In this document: one piece after another, positions 23,110 through 35,186 of the stretch
Layout of the letters: each line of letters begins with the position of its first letter
How positions within the stretch are numbered: position 1 is the first letter of the stretch
NCBI GenBank assembly: GCA_030141605.1
Contig: JAQGDQ010000333.1
Location: 62,001 to 126,000 of the forward strand
Origin: Tubiluchus corallicola
Lineage: Eukaryota; Animalia; Priapulida
Length of the DNA: 64,000 nt
Direction of reading: 5' to 3'
Notes under the pieces: generated by a model
Databases searched by the model: none
What the model was told of the DNA's origin: nothing
What the model saw: the letters and a program-made list of their open reading frames with translations, nothing else
Program-made: the position numbers and the translations under genes

Positions 23110-25175
23110 AATATAAATATATTAAGCCCATACCAGTAGATTACTTGTAAGATTACCATTCTAATGTTACTTGTTTTTTTTTTAAATGTGATCACTCGTT
23201 CATCACCAACATTTATAATAAAATAACAAATATCACACCAAACTCGAAGCAAATTTTTTTCTTTGAAAAATTATACATATTGTGCATAAATATAAATATA
23301 CAGGCAATATTTACAAGATTACGTGCAATACTCGCATCGACGAGAACGTTTTCATTTTGCAAAAAATATACGTGCGATATTTACATAATTACAAATTCGT
23401 AAACTTAAAGAATAAATAAATAAATTAAGTAAAATATTTACATCAACATCAAGGATATTTATATTTACAACAGTAACATCTGACAAAAACATATTTACAT
23501 AGTTACATATACATACTTACGTATGTACATATTTGCACATTTACGTATGTACATATTTACACACATTTTCGTATTTACACGTTTTCGTATATTCGTAAAT
23601 ATAAAGAATAAATTGACTGAAAAATATTTTCAACAAAAGCAGCAGCAAACATTAAGAAAGCCTGATGCGTTTGCTGGAATTTGATGAAAGTTGTCAACAT
23701 CATCAACATCGATGAGGACGATATTGCTATCACTAGCTGTATCGCCCTCGCAGTTAGCATCATCACCAACAACAATGTCGTCGTCAGCAGAGATTTTGAT
23801 GACAGTAGCACATCTCTCTGCATCGTCTGGACGAATCTCAACAGATGGAATGAGAGTGGGTGGTTTTGGTTTATCCTGCCCGAAGTTGTAGTGAAAGGGC
23901 AGTGAAATATTTTTTCCACCAACACCTCTTGTCGTCGAAAAAAAACAATGATCTTTTGGGTGCATGCCAGGTGAACAAGTGGTGACGCACAGAAGTGAAC
24001 ATAATACTCGTGTGCGTCATTTCTGTTATCTCGCAATATGAATGCAAAAAATCCTTGCGACTAACGGTGCATGTGAAAGTCATTTTTGAAGTTGCTGTTC
24101 AGTTGCTTTGTTATGGTTGAGTTTAGACACAGAGAAGTATGGATAGGAACCAAAAATCTATAATAAATATTTGCACTGCACACGACAGAAAAGTGTTTAT
24201 TAAACTACAGAAAACATGAATAGCAAAACTGCAGCAAAAACTCGAAAGTAAAAACAGTCAGTAAAATCTGTTTCACAGGCAGTATACAGGTATAGAACTT
24301 GACCTATGCAGACTTGCACAGGCTTCACAACAAGCATCAATTTTAGATAGGGAGAGGACCAGTGTTTATGTAGTCACTGGACCATACAATTATACTGAAG
24401 GTAAGTCAGCTGGTAGAATGTAACAAGATTAGCACATAGATCGCAGCACCTAACTACAATGTACAATTCCAACTGTCTACACCCTTGGCACGTCTTTTGC
24501 ACTGTCGAGGTTCGTCACTCAACATACTATATACTATACAATTTTGGTTTTAGTAGGACCCACTGACAATGCAAAGAGCCCAGTAATTTGTCTTTGATGC
24601 AACCAAAGCATGCACGATTTTCCTGATGCAAGAAGGGGTGAGTCACTGGATAGTTCAAGGCTTCTCTAGATTTGCAACACTACCATGACCACTTTCCCAC
24701 TAGACGGAATTTGTGCCCACTGAAAACATTCCATTTTTAGTGTTTGAGAATAGCAAACAGTCGTACACACATCTTTACATCAAACGAAAGGTCCGGACCT
24801 ACAGATTTGCCATTTGGGTTTTATTTTTCAAATGGGGGGGCGGGCGAAAATCTCCAAAAAGGACCCTTTTTTAGCCGTTTTTGCAAAACTTACGTCTCTT
24901 ATTTCTGGAGAACGGGAATGGGCCATGGGTGGTGCTAGCTATGGATATGCTCATTCAGCGATGGAGTAGTAGGCATATTTAGAATTTGCGAGAGGGCTGC
25001 AGAGTCCCTTAATGGGCATTTTCCTGGACCCAGCTCTCAATTTTTTCGAAATTTTGGCCAAACGGCCTTAGGTTTGTCAAATGTAGACCTACGTTAACTC
25101 AAATGTAGGTTTAGGTAATTCAAATGTGTCCTGGTAATTCAAATGTAGACTTATATCAAGTTCTCACTCAATAAT

Positions 25176-26520
25176 GTGATCGTATAGTAATTTAGCCGTA
25201 TCGAGTGATCTTGAATTAATTGATTTGATTGATATTTTAGATTTTAGATTCGCTTATCGATCGCTTACAGGTAATTGATCGGATATCGATTACCCGACTC
25301 CGAGGGCTTTAGTTAAGTCGCTAAGGCAATGATCTTGTCCTACACGACTTGCACTTTGACCTTGCGTTGTGAGTCACATCTTTATCCCTCAAGTTTACAA
25401 GCTTAGCTCCCGCAATTGAGCTTTTAAGTACAAGGCGAATCTCCTCAAGTTCGTATCTAGGATTTAGTGGTGTGAATGCAAGTTACCGTTAACGCTGTAA
25501 TCATTCACAAAGTCAATGTCTGCGTTAATACAGTGAACAGACTTTATTAAACTCACAGTTACAATTTAATCAACTCTGGTTCCAATACAAGATTTGATCT
25601 TATACGCCGGTGGGCGTTTACAACTAATGTCTAGCTCCAGAGAAGATGCTATTCACTCAATGACTTACAATGTTGATATGATGCACTGGAGGTGCTTAAT
25701 TCATACAACGTTACGGTTACAGCTATTCAGATACCAGTACAAAATATATAAGTTGAAACACTTAACTTGTGGATTGACCAATATACCACTACTATTGGTC
25801 AAATCCCCGTTTCCTTTCGAGACTACGTAGCACCAGTCAATTGCTAAGTATGCAGATTCCTCTTCTATGCTGGGCAAACGTTGCTTCTTCTTGCAGAAGA
25901 TGTCCCGGACACACGGTATGGTAGCAAACCACTGTCAGACTCCCCTTCTCGCTCGTGGTGTGTGACGCTCACGTACGTCACCCCGTCGTGTGTGCTTCTG
26001 GAATATTTTTCCAGAGCTTATATTTCGAAGAGCTGACCTTCGCGGTATTGCACCATCTGGCAACATCTGTTACCTCCTGGACAGCGACTTTCCTTTCACT
26101 TTCTGATTTTATAACCAGTAATGAGTTTCTTAAATTCCGCTGCTTTGAGTCTTCTATACCATCTGGTCGGCATAATTTTTGATTTCCTCCTAATGTTCGA
26201 TGAGCACTGATACTAGACCTTGGCTCTCTCCATTATCCTCCTTGCATGCGAGAACTTAATCGCTAATGACCGTCTCCTAATTATCTTTGCTCTGCATGTA
26301 TTCTAGTTAAACAATGGTGTCTTCTGGAATCCTACACCTGCACTTTCTACAAATCGTGTGACAATTTTAACTCATTAAATTCGAGCTGCTAGCTGGAGGA
26401 GTTTCTTATTCAACCGTATAAATTTACTTGACGAAATCAGGAAGGCGTGAGTTTATCATCTGCATCTAATTCATCTGATAACTCAATCAATTATTCGCCA
26501 AAATTCGTTTTCCTAAATTT
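25176..26520 (-). mobile_element. LTR-retrotransposon gag-like remnant inserted in the left TIR of the Tc1 element
   Basis: Interrupts the TIR subrepeat array; minus-strand degenerate zinc knuckle LTVVCYHTVCPGH (~25895-25940); boundaries approximate. Confidence 0.45.
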
Positions 26521-26959
26521 ATTCAAAACACTTAGGTAGTTCAAATGTGTTAACAATGGTTCTCAACAAATCTTTGGTATATCTAATGTAGACACATGTC
26601 AAGTCAAATGTGACATTGGTATCTCAAATTTGGATAGGTGTTAGAGCTTAAGGATGTTAAATATAGTCTTCTTTAATTTTAAATAATAATTGCTCTTAAG
26701 ACTGTGAAAATAATAACTTTATAGGCTTACTAATGTAGTTCACTAATATTCTGCAAACTTTACATACCATTGGAACTGTTAGAGAAAACAATACATTCTT
26801 AAAATAAACAATGTTTCTTGAGAGAAACTAATTCATTAATGCAGTGCTAATGCATTACTTAAAAAACTAATTAGTGATTCATTGTTTATTGGCAAGTGGG
26901 AACCGATTTATTCTTTTCTGCCGACATTATGGTTTATCAAAAAATTTCGTTTGAGGATA

Positions 26960-27925
26960 AACAACGCATTTTTCAACGTTATGAAAGAGGTGATGACTAC
27001 TTACACGGCATCTTGCATGGCAACTTGGTATAAAAAAATCAACCACATGGGCTATTATTAAAAGGGCACTGGAGGGTAGACTTGTCAAACCATGTGGAAG
27101 TGTCAGAAGAAAGCTTGTTGATGCAGAAATGGGAGACTATGCTGTTAATCTTATAGAGACTCATCCAGAATTTACGCTAGAGCAAATCATTTGCGTCTAT
27201 GTGCCAAGACATGCCTGAGAAACCATGCATATCCCATTCAACGTTAGCCAATGTGTCAAAAGGGCGCCTGATTGTAATGAAAGAGTTAGAAGACGCTGTA
27301 GCGGATAGAAATAGTGAAAGAGTAAAGCACGAACGCTTTCTATATGCACACTGGTTGATGGAGGAGAGGTTTGCAATGTGAAATTATATTCATCGACGAA
27401 GTGGGCATAAATAAACCTGCGGATGACGAGGACGAGAGGAAGGGCAATACAGGGTCAAAGAGCCGCGCGAGTTGTGGCTGGTCGTGGCGGAGGCAATCTT
27501 GCCATGACTTTTGCCTGATATATCATTCCTTAACAGAAGGTGGAATGAATAGAGAACATTTTAATGCATTTCTTCAAGACGCAACAGATAACCTGTATGA
27601 TGATGGTCGGGAAAAAATGCTCGTTTTTGACAATGCGCCTGCTCACAGGGGAGCAGCCTTACCACCAAATTTGGGCATACACAAATTCAAATTAAGAGGC
27701 TTCCTCCTTATTCTCCCTTTTTAAATATTTTCGAAAACGTATTCAGTCAGTGAAAGGCTCAAATGAAGTGTATTCTTGTAGATATTAGAGAAAATCTTCT
27801 AGTGCAGAATCACGGTCAGAGAATGGCAACATTAGCTCAGTTTGCAGAACAGTCTGTTAATATCATAACCCCTGCAGATGCAGCCAGTTATTTTCGGCAT
27901 ATGCAGCAGTATGTACCGCGCTGAT
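26960..27925 (+). pseudogene. IS630/Tc1 DDE transposase, frameshifted
   Basis: HPEFTLEQI; RNSERVKHER; IIFIDEVGIN; LVFDNAPAH; LPPYSPFLNIFENVFSQ*K (spacing about DD33-34E). Confidence 0.88.
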
Positions 27926-30900
27926 TAACCTACGACTAATGTAAATCTTGTTCATATCAATTTTTGTTCGTTGTTCATTTTGCGTCAGCGGTACTATATA
28001 TTTAAAATACTGCTCCTGAGCATTGATTACAATTTTAATTTTGCAGATATGATTAATTATTCAAAAAATGTTTTTATAAAACGGTGACAAATAAAATGTA
28101 GAATTGGTGTACTAATAAGTGTATAATTGTTAACTTATTTATGTACAACACTTAAGTGTTCTTATCAAATAAACATTTTCTTTACATTTCAAAAATGTAT
28201 TAAAGTCCATACAAATAGTTGCAAATTAATTAAATATAATAAAAATTGATACTGTCGACAGCATCAGGACCATAAAATATAATTTTAATTTGGTTCATCT
28301 TTTTGTAATTTGCACTTAAATGAGTTAATTACTGATTTATTCAAAGTACTGCAGCTACATTTGACTTACCTAAGTCACATTTGAGTTACCAAAACACATT
28401 TGAAATTGTTATGTCTACATTTGACTTAGCTAAGTCACATTTGAACTTTCCTGTGTCTACATTTTACTTGTAAAACCTATAGAAAAAATGTTCTAGAGGG
28501 CATTCAGTAGGACTCTTGGAAGGAGATTTATGGCCCTTTAGAAAGAGAAAGAACAGGAGTACATGATGGCGTGGAGTATATTTAGGACACTTCCACCAAG
28601 AGGAGTGGCAACTAGTTAATTAGATGTTCCATTTTTGGCAATATTTGCTTGGAAAACTGCTGATGCAGAGCAATTGTTGTGACATCATCCATTATACTTT
28701 GTCTATAACCTTATAACTTTAATTCAGTAAAACCTGCTACTCGCTTGGCGTTATAAATGAGGACTATGTAGGATGTTCGCGTATTTTTGATTACACGGTA
28801 AGTGTATTTATACGCAAATTTTTTTGCGGGGGCCTTTGCTAGTCTATATATTAATGTTGCTGGTACGGGCTTAATATATATATATATACATGTAAGATTC
28901 GAGGCTACAGCTTCGACGACGGCACCATTTGATCTATATGTCAAACGAAGGGCCTCAATCTAGTGTCATTCCATTGATGGTTTATTTTTTGAATCGGGAT
29001 TTCTGAAGAAGGGAAATGGGCCATGGAGGGTGCTAGCTATGGATAAATAACCCATTCAGCGGTGGGTATAGTAGGTGTATTTGGAATTCGCGAGAGGGCT
29101 ATGGTGTCCCGTAACGGGGCCAACTCCCAAGTTTTTCGAAATTTTGGTCAAACAACCTGTAGAAAAAACGTTCTAGCAGCGCAGTGTGACTCTTGGAAGG
29201 AGATATATGGCTGTTTAGAAAGAGGAAGAACAGGGCTACACGATGATGTGGGCTATATTTTAGGACACCTCCATCAAGAAGAGCGACGACTAGTTAATTA
29301 GATGTTCCATTTTTGACAATTTTCGCTTGGGAAACTGCTGAGGCAAGGCCATTGTTCTGACGTCATCTATTATACTCTGCCTGTAACTTTAATTCAGTAA
29401 AAGCTGCTGTTGGCTTTGTATTATAAATGAGGATTATGTAGGATGTTAGCGTATTATTGATTATAATTATATGCAACATTTTTGCAGGGTCTTTGCTAGT
29501 AATAATAATTTTCACAAAACTTCAACAGCAGCAACAGTTATTTTATGGAACTGTTTACATAATAACTTTCTCAAATGAAGTTTACAATCTAACGTTAATA
29601 ATAATAATTTTCACAATTGTAGTTTACGTAATATTTAACGAAAATTATGACACCAACCTCTCTAGATATAAAAATGTTTCTGGCGAACCAGAAATTTCGC
29701 GTCGAAGTGGAAAGTGCGTCTCAGTGTAGACGACATTGACATCATCGTCATCATCATCAAAAACAACCACAACAACATCATCGTCATCGTCTGTACTACC
29801 AATGTTAGAGTGTTGTATTGATGTGCTTGCTGCTTTTTGTGCCGGTGCCACTATTGTCGCATTTCTCGATGTTGCAGCTTCCCCTGTCACATCTCTCGAT
29901 GTCGAGGATTTCCTTTTAAAACAAACAATTCAATTCACATTCACCATTTCTGACAAAAATCACATTAAAACACATATTACGCAGCCATTACACATTAAAA
30001 CGAGAGTCCAAAATGAACGAAATTATGATAAAACAATGCACATGCAAAATCAACAAAAACTGTGGAATGTACTATTTCTATAATTACGTATATGTACGAA
30101 AGCCTGCGAAAATTTATTCAGTACAAATTAATGCAGCAAGCTGTGGCTGTTAACAGCAAACGGCAATTAGATATTAGAAGTTCACTCACTGTGTAAATCC
30201 ATTTACGGGAGCCATGGCCATCTTGAGGCTGTTTTGTAAAGCATTGTCATCACCACCACCTGTGTAAGTTGTAAAAAGTACATGTAAAAGAACGGATGTT
30301 GCATAGAAGGATGCTCGCTTCGCTTTGACAAAAAGCATGAGAAACATGCATACATACGTTGCGTTAGCAATTATTCTCGACAATGGAATACTCCACATGG
30401 CGGAAATCTTCCTTTGCCAGGCGATGTTGAGGGTTCTGACAAGGACATCACTGTCATCAACGATGATGTTGTTGGCAGCACTGATGCTGGTATTGTTGCT
30501 GCTGCCGCTTCACGTATACCTCCCAACATTGGTCTTTATTAAAAAAGAGAAGCAGCCTTAATATTCACTCCAAGAAAGAGTATAAAATTAATATTTAGTC
30601 TAGGGTCATCAATAAATAAATAAATAAATTCATATATGTGATGAGAAACTGGCCTGCATTGTGCATTTCTCACTATTCGCAAGTTGTCACTCAAATGCAT
30701 TTTTCTTTTCTTTTCTTTCGCTTGTCTAGAAGATACATAAATATATGACAAGAAGTGAAATACTCGATTTTATTTCTTTTCTTACAATCAAAGCTGTCTT
30801 CAAAACAAAATTAGAGAGAGAGTGAGTGCCCTTTAGCTTAATGAAAAACAAAAAATGCAGTGGCCTAATTGTATATAATGCACTGCATATTTTGTGGACT

Positions 30901-31720
30901 TCACCAAAATTTAATTAAACGGGTGATTTCATTAATTAATACACACGCACGCACAAATACACATTCAGAGCATCTGAGTGTGACGACAACACCTACTTAT
31001 AATGGTTCAACTTTTCACAATGAAGAAAAGATTTGCGTGAGTGGCTCACTTCACTGTGAAGATTAGAGCTTTCTCACAATTCAATTATGAAAACATTGAA
31101 ATAATAAATTTTCCATTGCAGTGAAAATTATGAATTAACTCGCATCTATTTCTTTCTCTTTTTACAATTAATACTATAACAAAAATTGGCGACTGTTAAT
31201 GAAAAACAAATAACTACACTTACCTAATCAGTAGATTTGCAATTATATAAAGCACTATAAGATTGTGCGTAATTCACCACAATATGGTGCTTCAAGTTAA
31301 ATAGATGGCAAATTGATAAGTAAGAACAGGCAGTTTGCATTAATACGTGAAGTCTGAGCCTAGACTCTCCAATACCTATTTATAACAGGTACGAGTAACC
31401 AATCAGATAGTAGGAAATTAAAGTACCACTTTTCTCATTGGTCAAGAGAATTGTGTGGGCGTGGCAATTTATCTGAATGTTACATGAAAGTTAAAACTCT
31501 CACGCTTTCATTTAAAGACCAATTAAAACTGTCCCACACTTTCATTTAAAAAATAGTTAACTTTTCTCGTTGGACAAGAGATTTGCAAGAAGGTAAAAAC
31601 TTACACGAAGGTTAGATGAAGGTTAAAACTTTCTCATTTTAATTCCTTAATCTGTAATTATATACGTATTCATGAATGTAAATTAGGATTCAGGGAGTTC
31701 TAAATTTAATAAGTACTATA

Positions 31721-31935
31721 TATAGGTGATCTCAATGATTTAACTACATCTGGTGCTGTCAGTCATTCTCAGGAGACATACAAATATCTATTGCCGTAAT
31801 ATGTTCGGTTTAGATTTGAACTTGTAATTCCTTTGAGAACACAACTGTCGGTAGGCAGTTGAAATATTAACTTCATCTATATGTAAATCATTTTTTCTAG
31901 TACCCATTTAACAATTTCAGTATGCTTTGAAGTGT

Positions 31936-31987
<52 letters not shown>

Positions 31988-34256
31988 TGTACCACGATAC
32001 CGGGAAGTTTTCTTACCATATTCTCAATCACAATTTCACACAAACTATGACGGTCAAGCCAGCCTAACCTGGTTTGTTGTTGTTGTACTACATATGAGTT
32101 AACTGTTGAATGCATTAACATTTGAAGCATGTAGCAAGTGCCGTAACGTTTGAAGCAAATGAGGTGAAATTATACCTTATATTCTATGTACTTGAGTAAA
32201 ATGTTTACAACACTATTAATCTTGCATTTATAGTTTGTCTATAAAGACGTTTTTAAGTCTCCTGGAGACTAATATTTGTACGAATCAAAATGTTATTAGC
32301 AGTCTACAATAACGTTATATTATCGAAAATAAGGCTTGCAGGTGTTTTCTTACGTGAATTAACATAGAATAAGTCACGTGACGACACCACGTGTCACAAC
32401 TGGATGCAACCTGCTAGTATGGTAATTAGCACGTACGCGCACGTGCTGTTAAAATATACAGTAGGTTTGATGAACTTTTTGTCAACGTACCGTCGTTAGG
32501 TGCATAAATACAATAATTATATTTGCAGTATTTCTAACCTAGCAACCAACGAAGCGAAATTCTGTTAGTAGAAATCTATCTGAAGTTTACATTATGTCGG
32601 AAAAATGCGTGCACGAAGTTCTGTGGAATTTTTAATAGGTGATACATGTCTGTTTGTCTGTAAGATGCATGTAAATATTTTGACTAAGAATTTAAACTAG
32701 TGAAGCTCTGAAGAAGCGAAATTGTTAAAGAATTTGACAGTGAAATGCATGTCATACCGTAAATTTGTTTTGTATTTTTTTATACAACAATACAGTAAAA
32801 TTATGATGGTCATTTTAGATGCAGTACAATGGGGACGTGCAGGTTCGAATTCGGGCGCAACTGAAAAAGAGAAAAACCAATAATGATCGTGATAATTAAA
32901 AAACTTGTTGCCTTATTTTGTAGGTGGTAAACATTTTCTATCATAAATGAAGCACAAACATAACTCACGTAACGGAAGTGTGTACATAATGCTCATCATT
33001 TATTTTAGTTTTTCTATTTGTGTTTTTAATAAAACAAGACATCAAACTTTTGCACACGTTACGGAACTCTGACGGTGGTGTTTCATCCATGCATGAAGCA
33101 AATTTTTCCCATCGACACGAGTTCATTAAGCGCATATGACACGCCAGAAATTAATCGAATACATTCTATTAAGTTTTCCGGCTGCATCAAAACGGTGTTC
33201 AATCGAAAGCGGGTGACACGTGCGACCTCCTACCTTCCCTTGAAATCAATTAGACGGTAGTATTACGCAGTACACCACACATGGAAAGATCCATAAATAC
33301 TAAACAAATATTGAATATTTACCGTGCGCTGTTGACACCTGTATCAAACGCACATTTACGCGAATGAAAGTCATGTGACGCTGTTGATGCATGAACTCGC
33401 TCACATGCTCTATTAAACAGTCATCACAAGTTATGGTTACTAAACCACGGTTGGAGCAAAATAGTTCCGTTCTCGCTATTAATGGAAGTAAAGACTTTGA
33501 CATAATAGAGAAACAAATATGTACAACACTTAACACCACATGTCACAATAAGTTATGGTTAGAGATACAACAACCACGCATGTTACAACATATTTCGCAA
33601 CAAGTTAGAGCTATCACGCATGCGCAACAAACCTACAACACTCGTACCACATTTAACACATGCAAACCAATCAAAGGCAATCCCACTTAAGGAAACTCAT
33701 CTAGTGGAGATTTGCAGCTAGGGTATGGGTTAGGGTTGGTCATTATATGGAGGGGGTTAGGGCAGTTCCATTATTTAGAGATGTGAGGTAGGGTTAGGGT
33801 TAGTAGCTTGGGACTTCCTAGCAGCTGCTTTCCTGTTATCAATACCATCTATGGGCATGAGGAAAATCAACAAACCTAATGCTGATAATTCTGCTGTAAT
33901 AAAATTAGTCCTTATTCTTATTCTTAGTGTTTCATTTTTTCTTTATCACCAATAAAATTACAGTCAGTGAAAGTATGATCGCTGATCAATACAAATGCAA
34001 ATCTTAGATATTACGTTTTCACATTTAGTTTTTTGCTATACTAACACTTCAAAACTTACTGAAATTGTTACATGGGTACTAGAAAAAATGATTTACGTAC
34101 ATATAGATGAAGTCAATATTTTAACTGCCTACCAGCAGTTGTGTTCTCAAAAGAATTACAAGTTTAAATCTAAACCGAACATATTGCGGCAATAGATATT
34201 TGTATATCTCCTGAGAATGACTTCCAGATGTAGTTAAAATGTTGAGATCACCTATA
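31721..34256. mobile_element. Non-autonomous TIR element (~2.5 kb) with ~200-bp terminal inverted repeats
   Basis: TATAGGTGATCTCAA..CATTCTCAGGAGA..GTTCGGTTTAGATTT..CTAGTACCCA (31721-~31905) is the reverse complement of ~34070-34256; no internal transposase seen. Confidence 0.85.
31945..31986. repeat. (TA)n microsatellite
   Basis: About 20 TA units. Confidence 0.95.
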
Positions 34257-35186
34257 AATAAATTATCTAATTTCATTGAGGGCTTTTAAACGAATATTTT
34301 TAACACAAAAAATTTTTTCCTAAGTTAGCAATATTATTGATTGTTACCAAATTATTAATTTTTGTGCACAAGTCATAAAAATTACGATGCAAAATAGCAC
34401 TATGACTTTGATCATTTGATCTCTAGAATAGTTAAATGAAAATAACCATATTTTTTACGCTTATTTTGATATTATTTTCTTATGGCACGTACAACAATTT
34501 TTACAGTGTAGCAGTTGTGGATATTGTCAACTAAATGGATATGCAAATAACAAGTATATTCTTTGACATCATATATTTAACTTTAACACAACACTGCTTA
34601 CTGGCTAAGCAGAACTTCTCTAAAATGCAAATGACCAAAAAAGCAAAGTAATCTATTTATATGGTCAAAAATAAAGTTTAGAATACTAGAAATATATACA
34701 AATATACAGCAATACTTTACGATCAATTAAATTCGTGTAACCATGCACTAAGCATTTAATATAAAAACTATTCAACATTGGAACAGCAAAAGTTAATAAT
34801 TAGACTTTTGTTAAGCTTTGTCATTACAATATTTAGTTTTTACTTCATTATAAGATTCAGAGTTGCAATTCGGAGCAGGGAAAAACATCTCAGTCATACC
34901 ATAAATTTTAGCCAAAAAGATTTTGATTTGTCATTATCGAAAGTTGTATAAGGAAATAAAAACGGGTTATTGCTGCGCTAAATAACTAATTAGCTAATCA
35001 GCTTGTTAGGTACCACTCAGTACACCCACATAAATGTGTTCCGTAATTGCACAGAAAGCACACATTCATACGAATGCAAGCATACATGGTTTATAATTTG
35101 AATGCATTCACATCAACACAATTAGCATTTTGCAATCAACTACATGTAACTTCTAAGCACAAAGTGCTTAAGCTGTTACACCTTAT

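Larger units (their letters stand above)
25069..28479 (+). mobile_element. Tc1/IS630-like DNA transposon (DDE_3 transposase pseudogene) with subrepeat-rich TIRs
   Basis: Termini TAGGTTT...AAACCTA at TA-rich sites; CAAATGTAGAC/TCAAATGTG subrepeats at 25078-25150 and 26530-26630, inverted at 28355-28465; Helitron sequence resumes after it. Confidence 0.8.
24775..29499 (+). mobile_element. Second head-to-tail Helitron dimer, opposite orientation (unit 24775-25068 plus 28480-28842, split by Tc1; unit 28843-29499)
   Basis: Reverse complement of 21812-23109; hairpin CGCAAA/TTTGCG at 28813-28828; CTAG|TCTATATATTAAT junction at 28842/28843; final CTAG at 29496-29499. Confidence 0.8.

Noticed and set aside
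25078-28465. Regularly spaced ~20-bp repeats resembling a CRISPR array
   Set aside because: Eukaryotic context, no unique spacers or cas genes; they are TIR subrepeats of the Tc1/IS630 element
32836-32875. B-box-like GGTTCGAATTC suggesting a tRNA
   Set aside because: No cloverleaf or clear A box; at most a SINE remnant
33718-33805. TTAGGG-like telomeric motifs
   Set aside because: Only a few interrupted units inside a TIR element; not an interstitial telomere array
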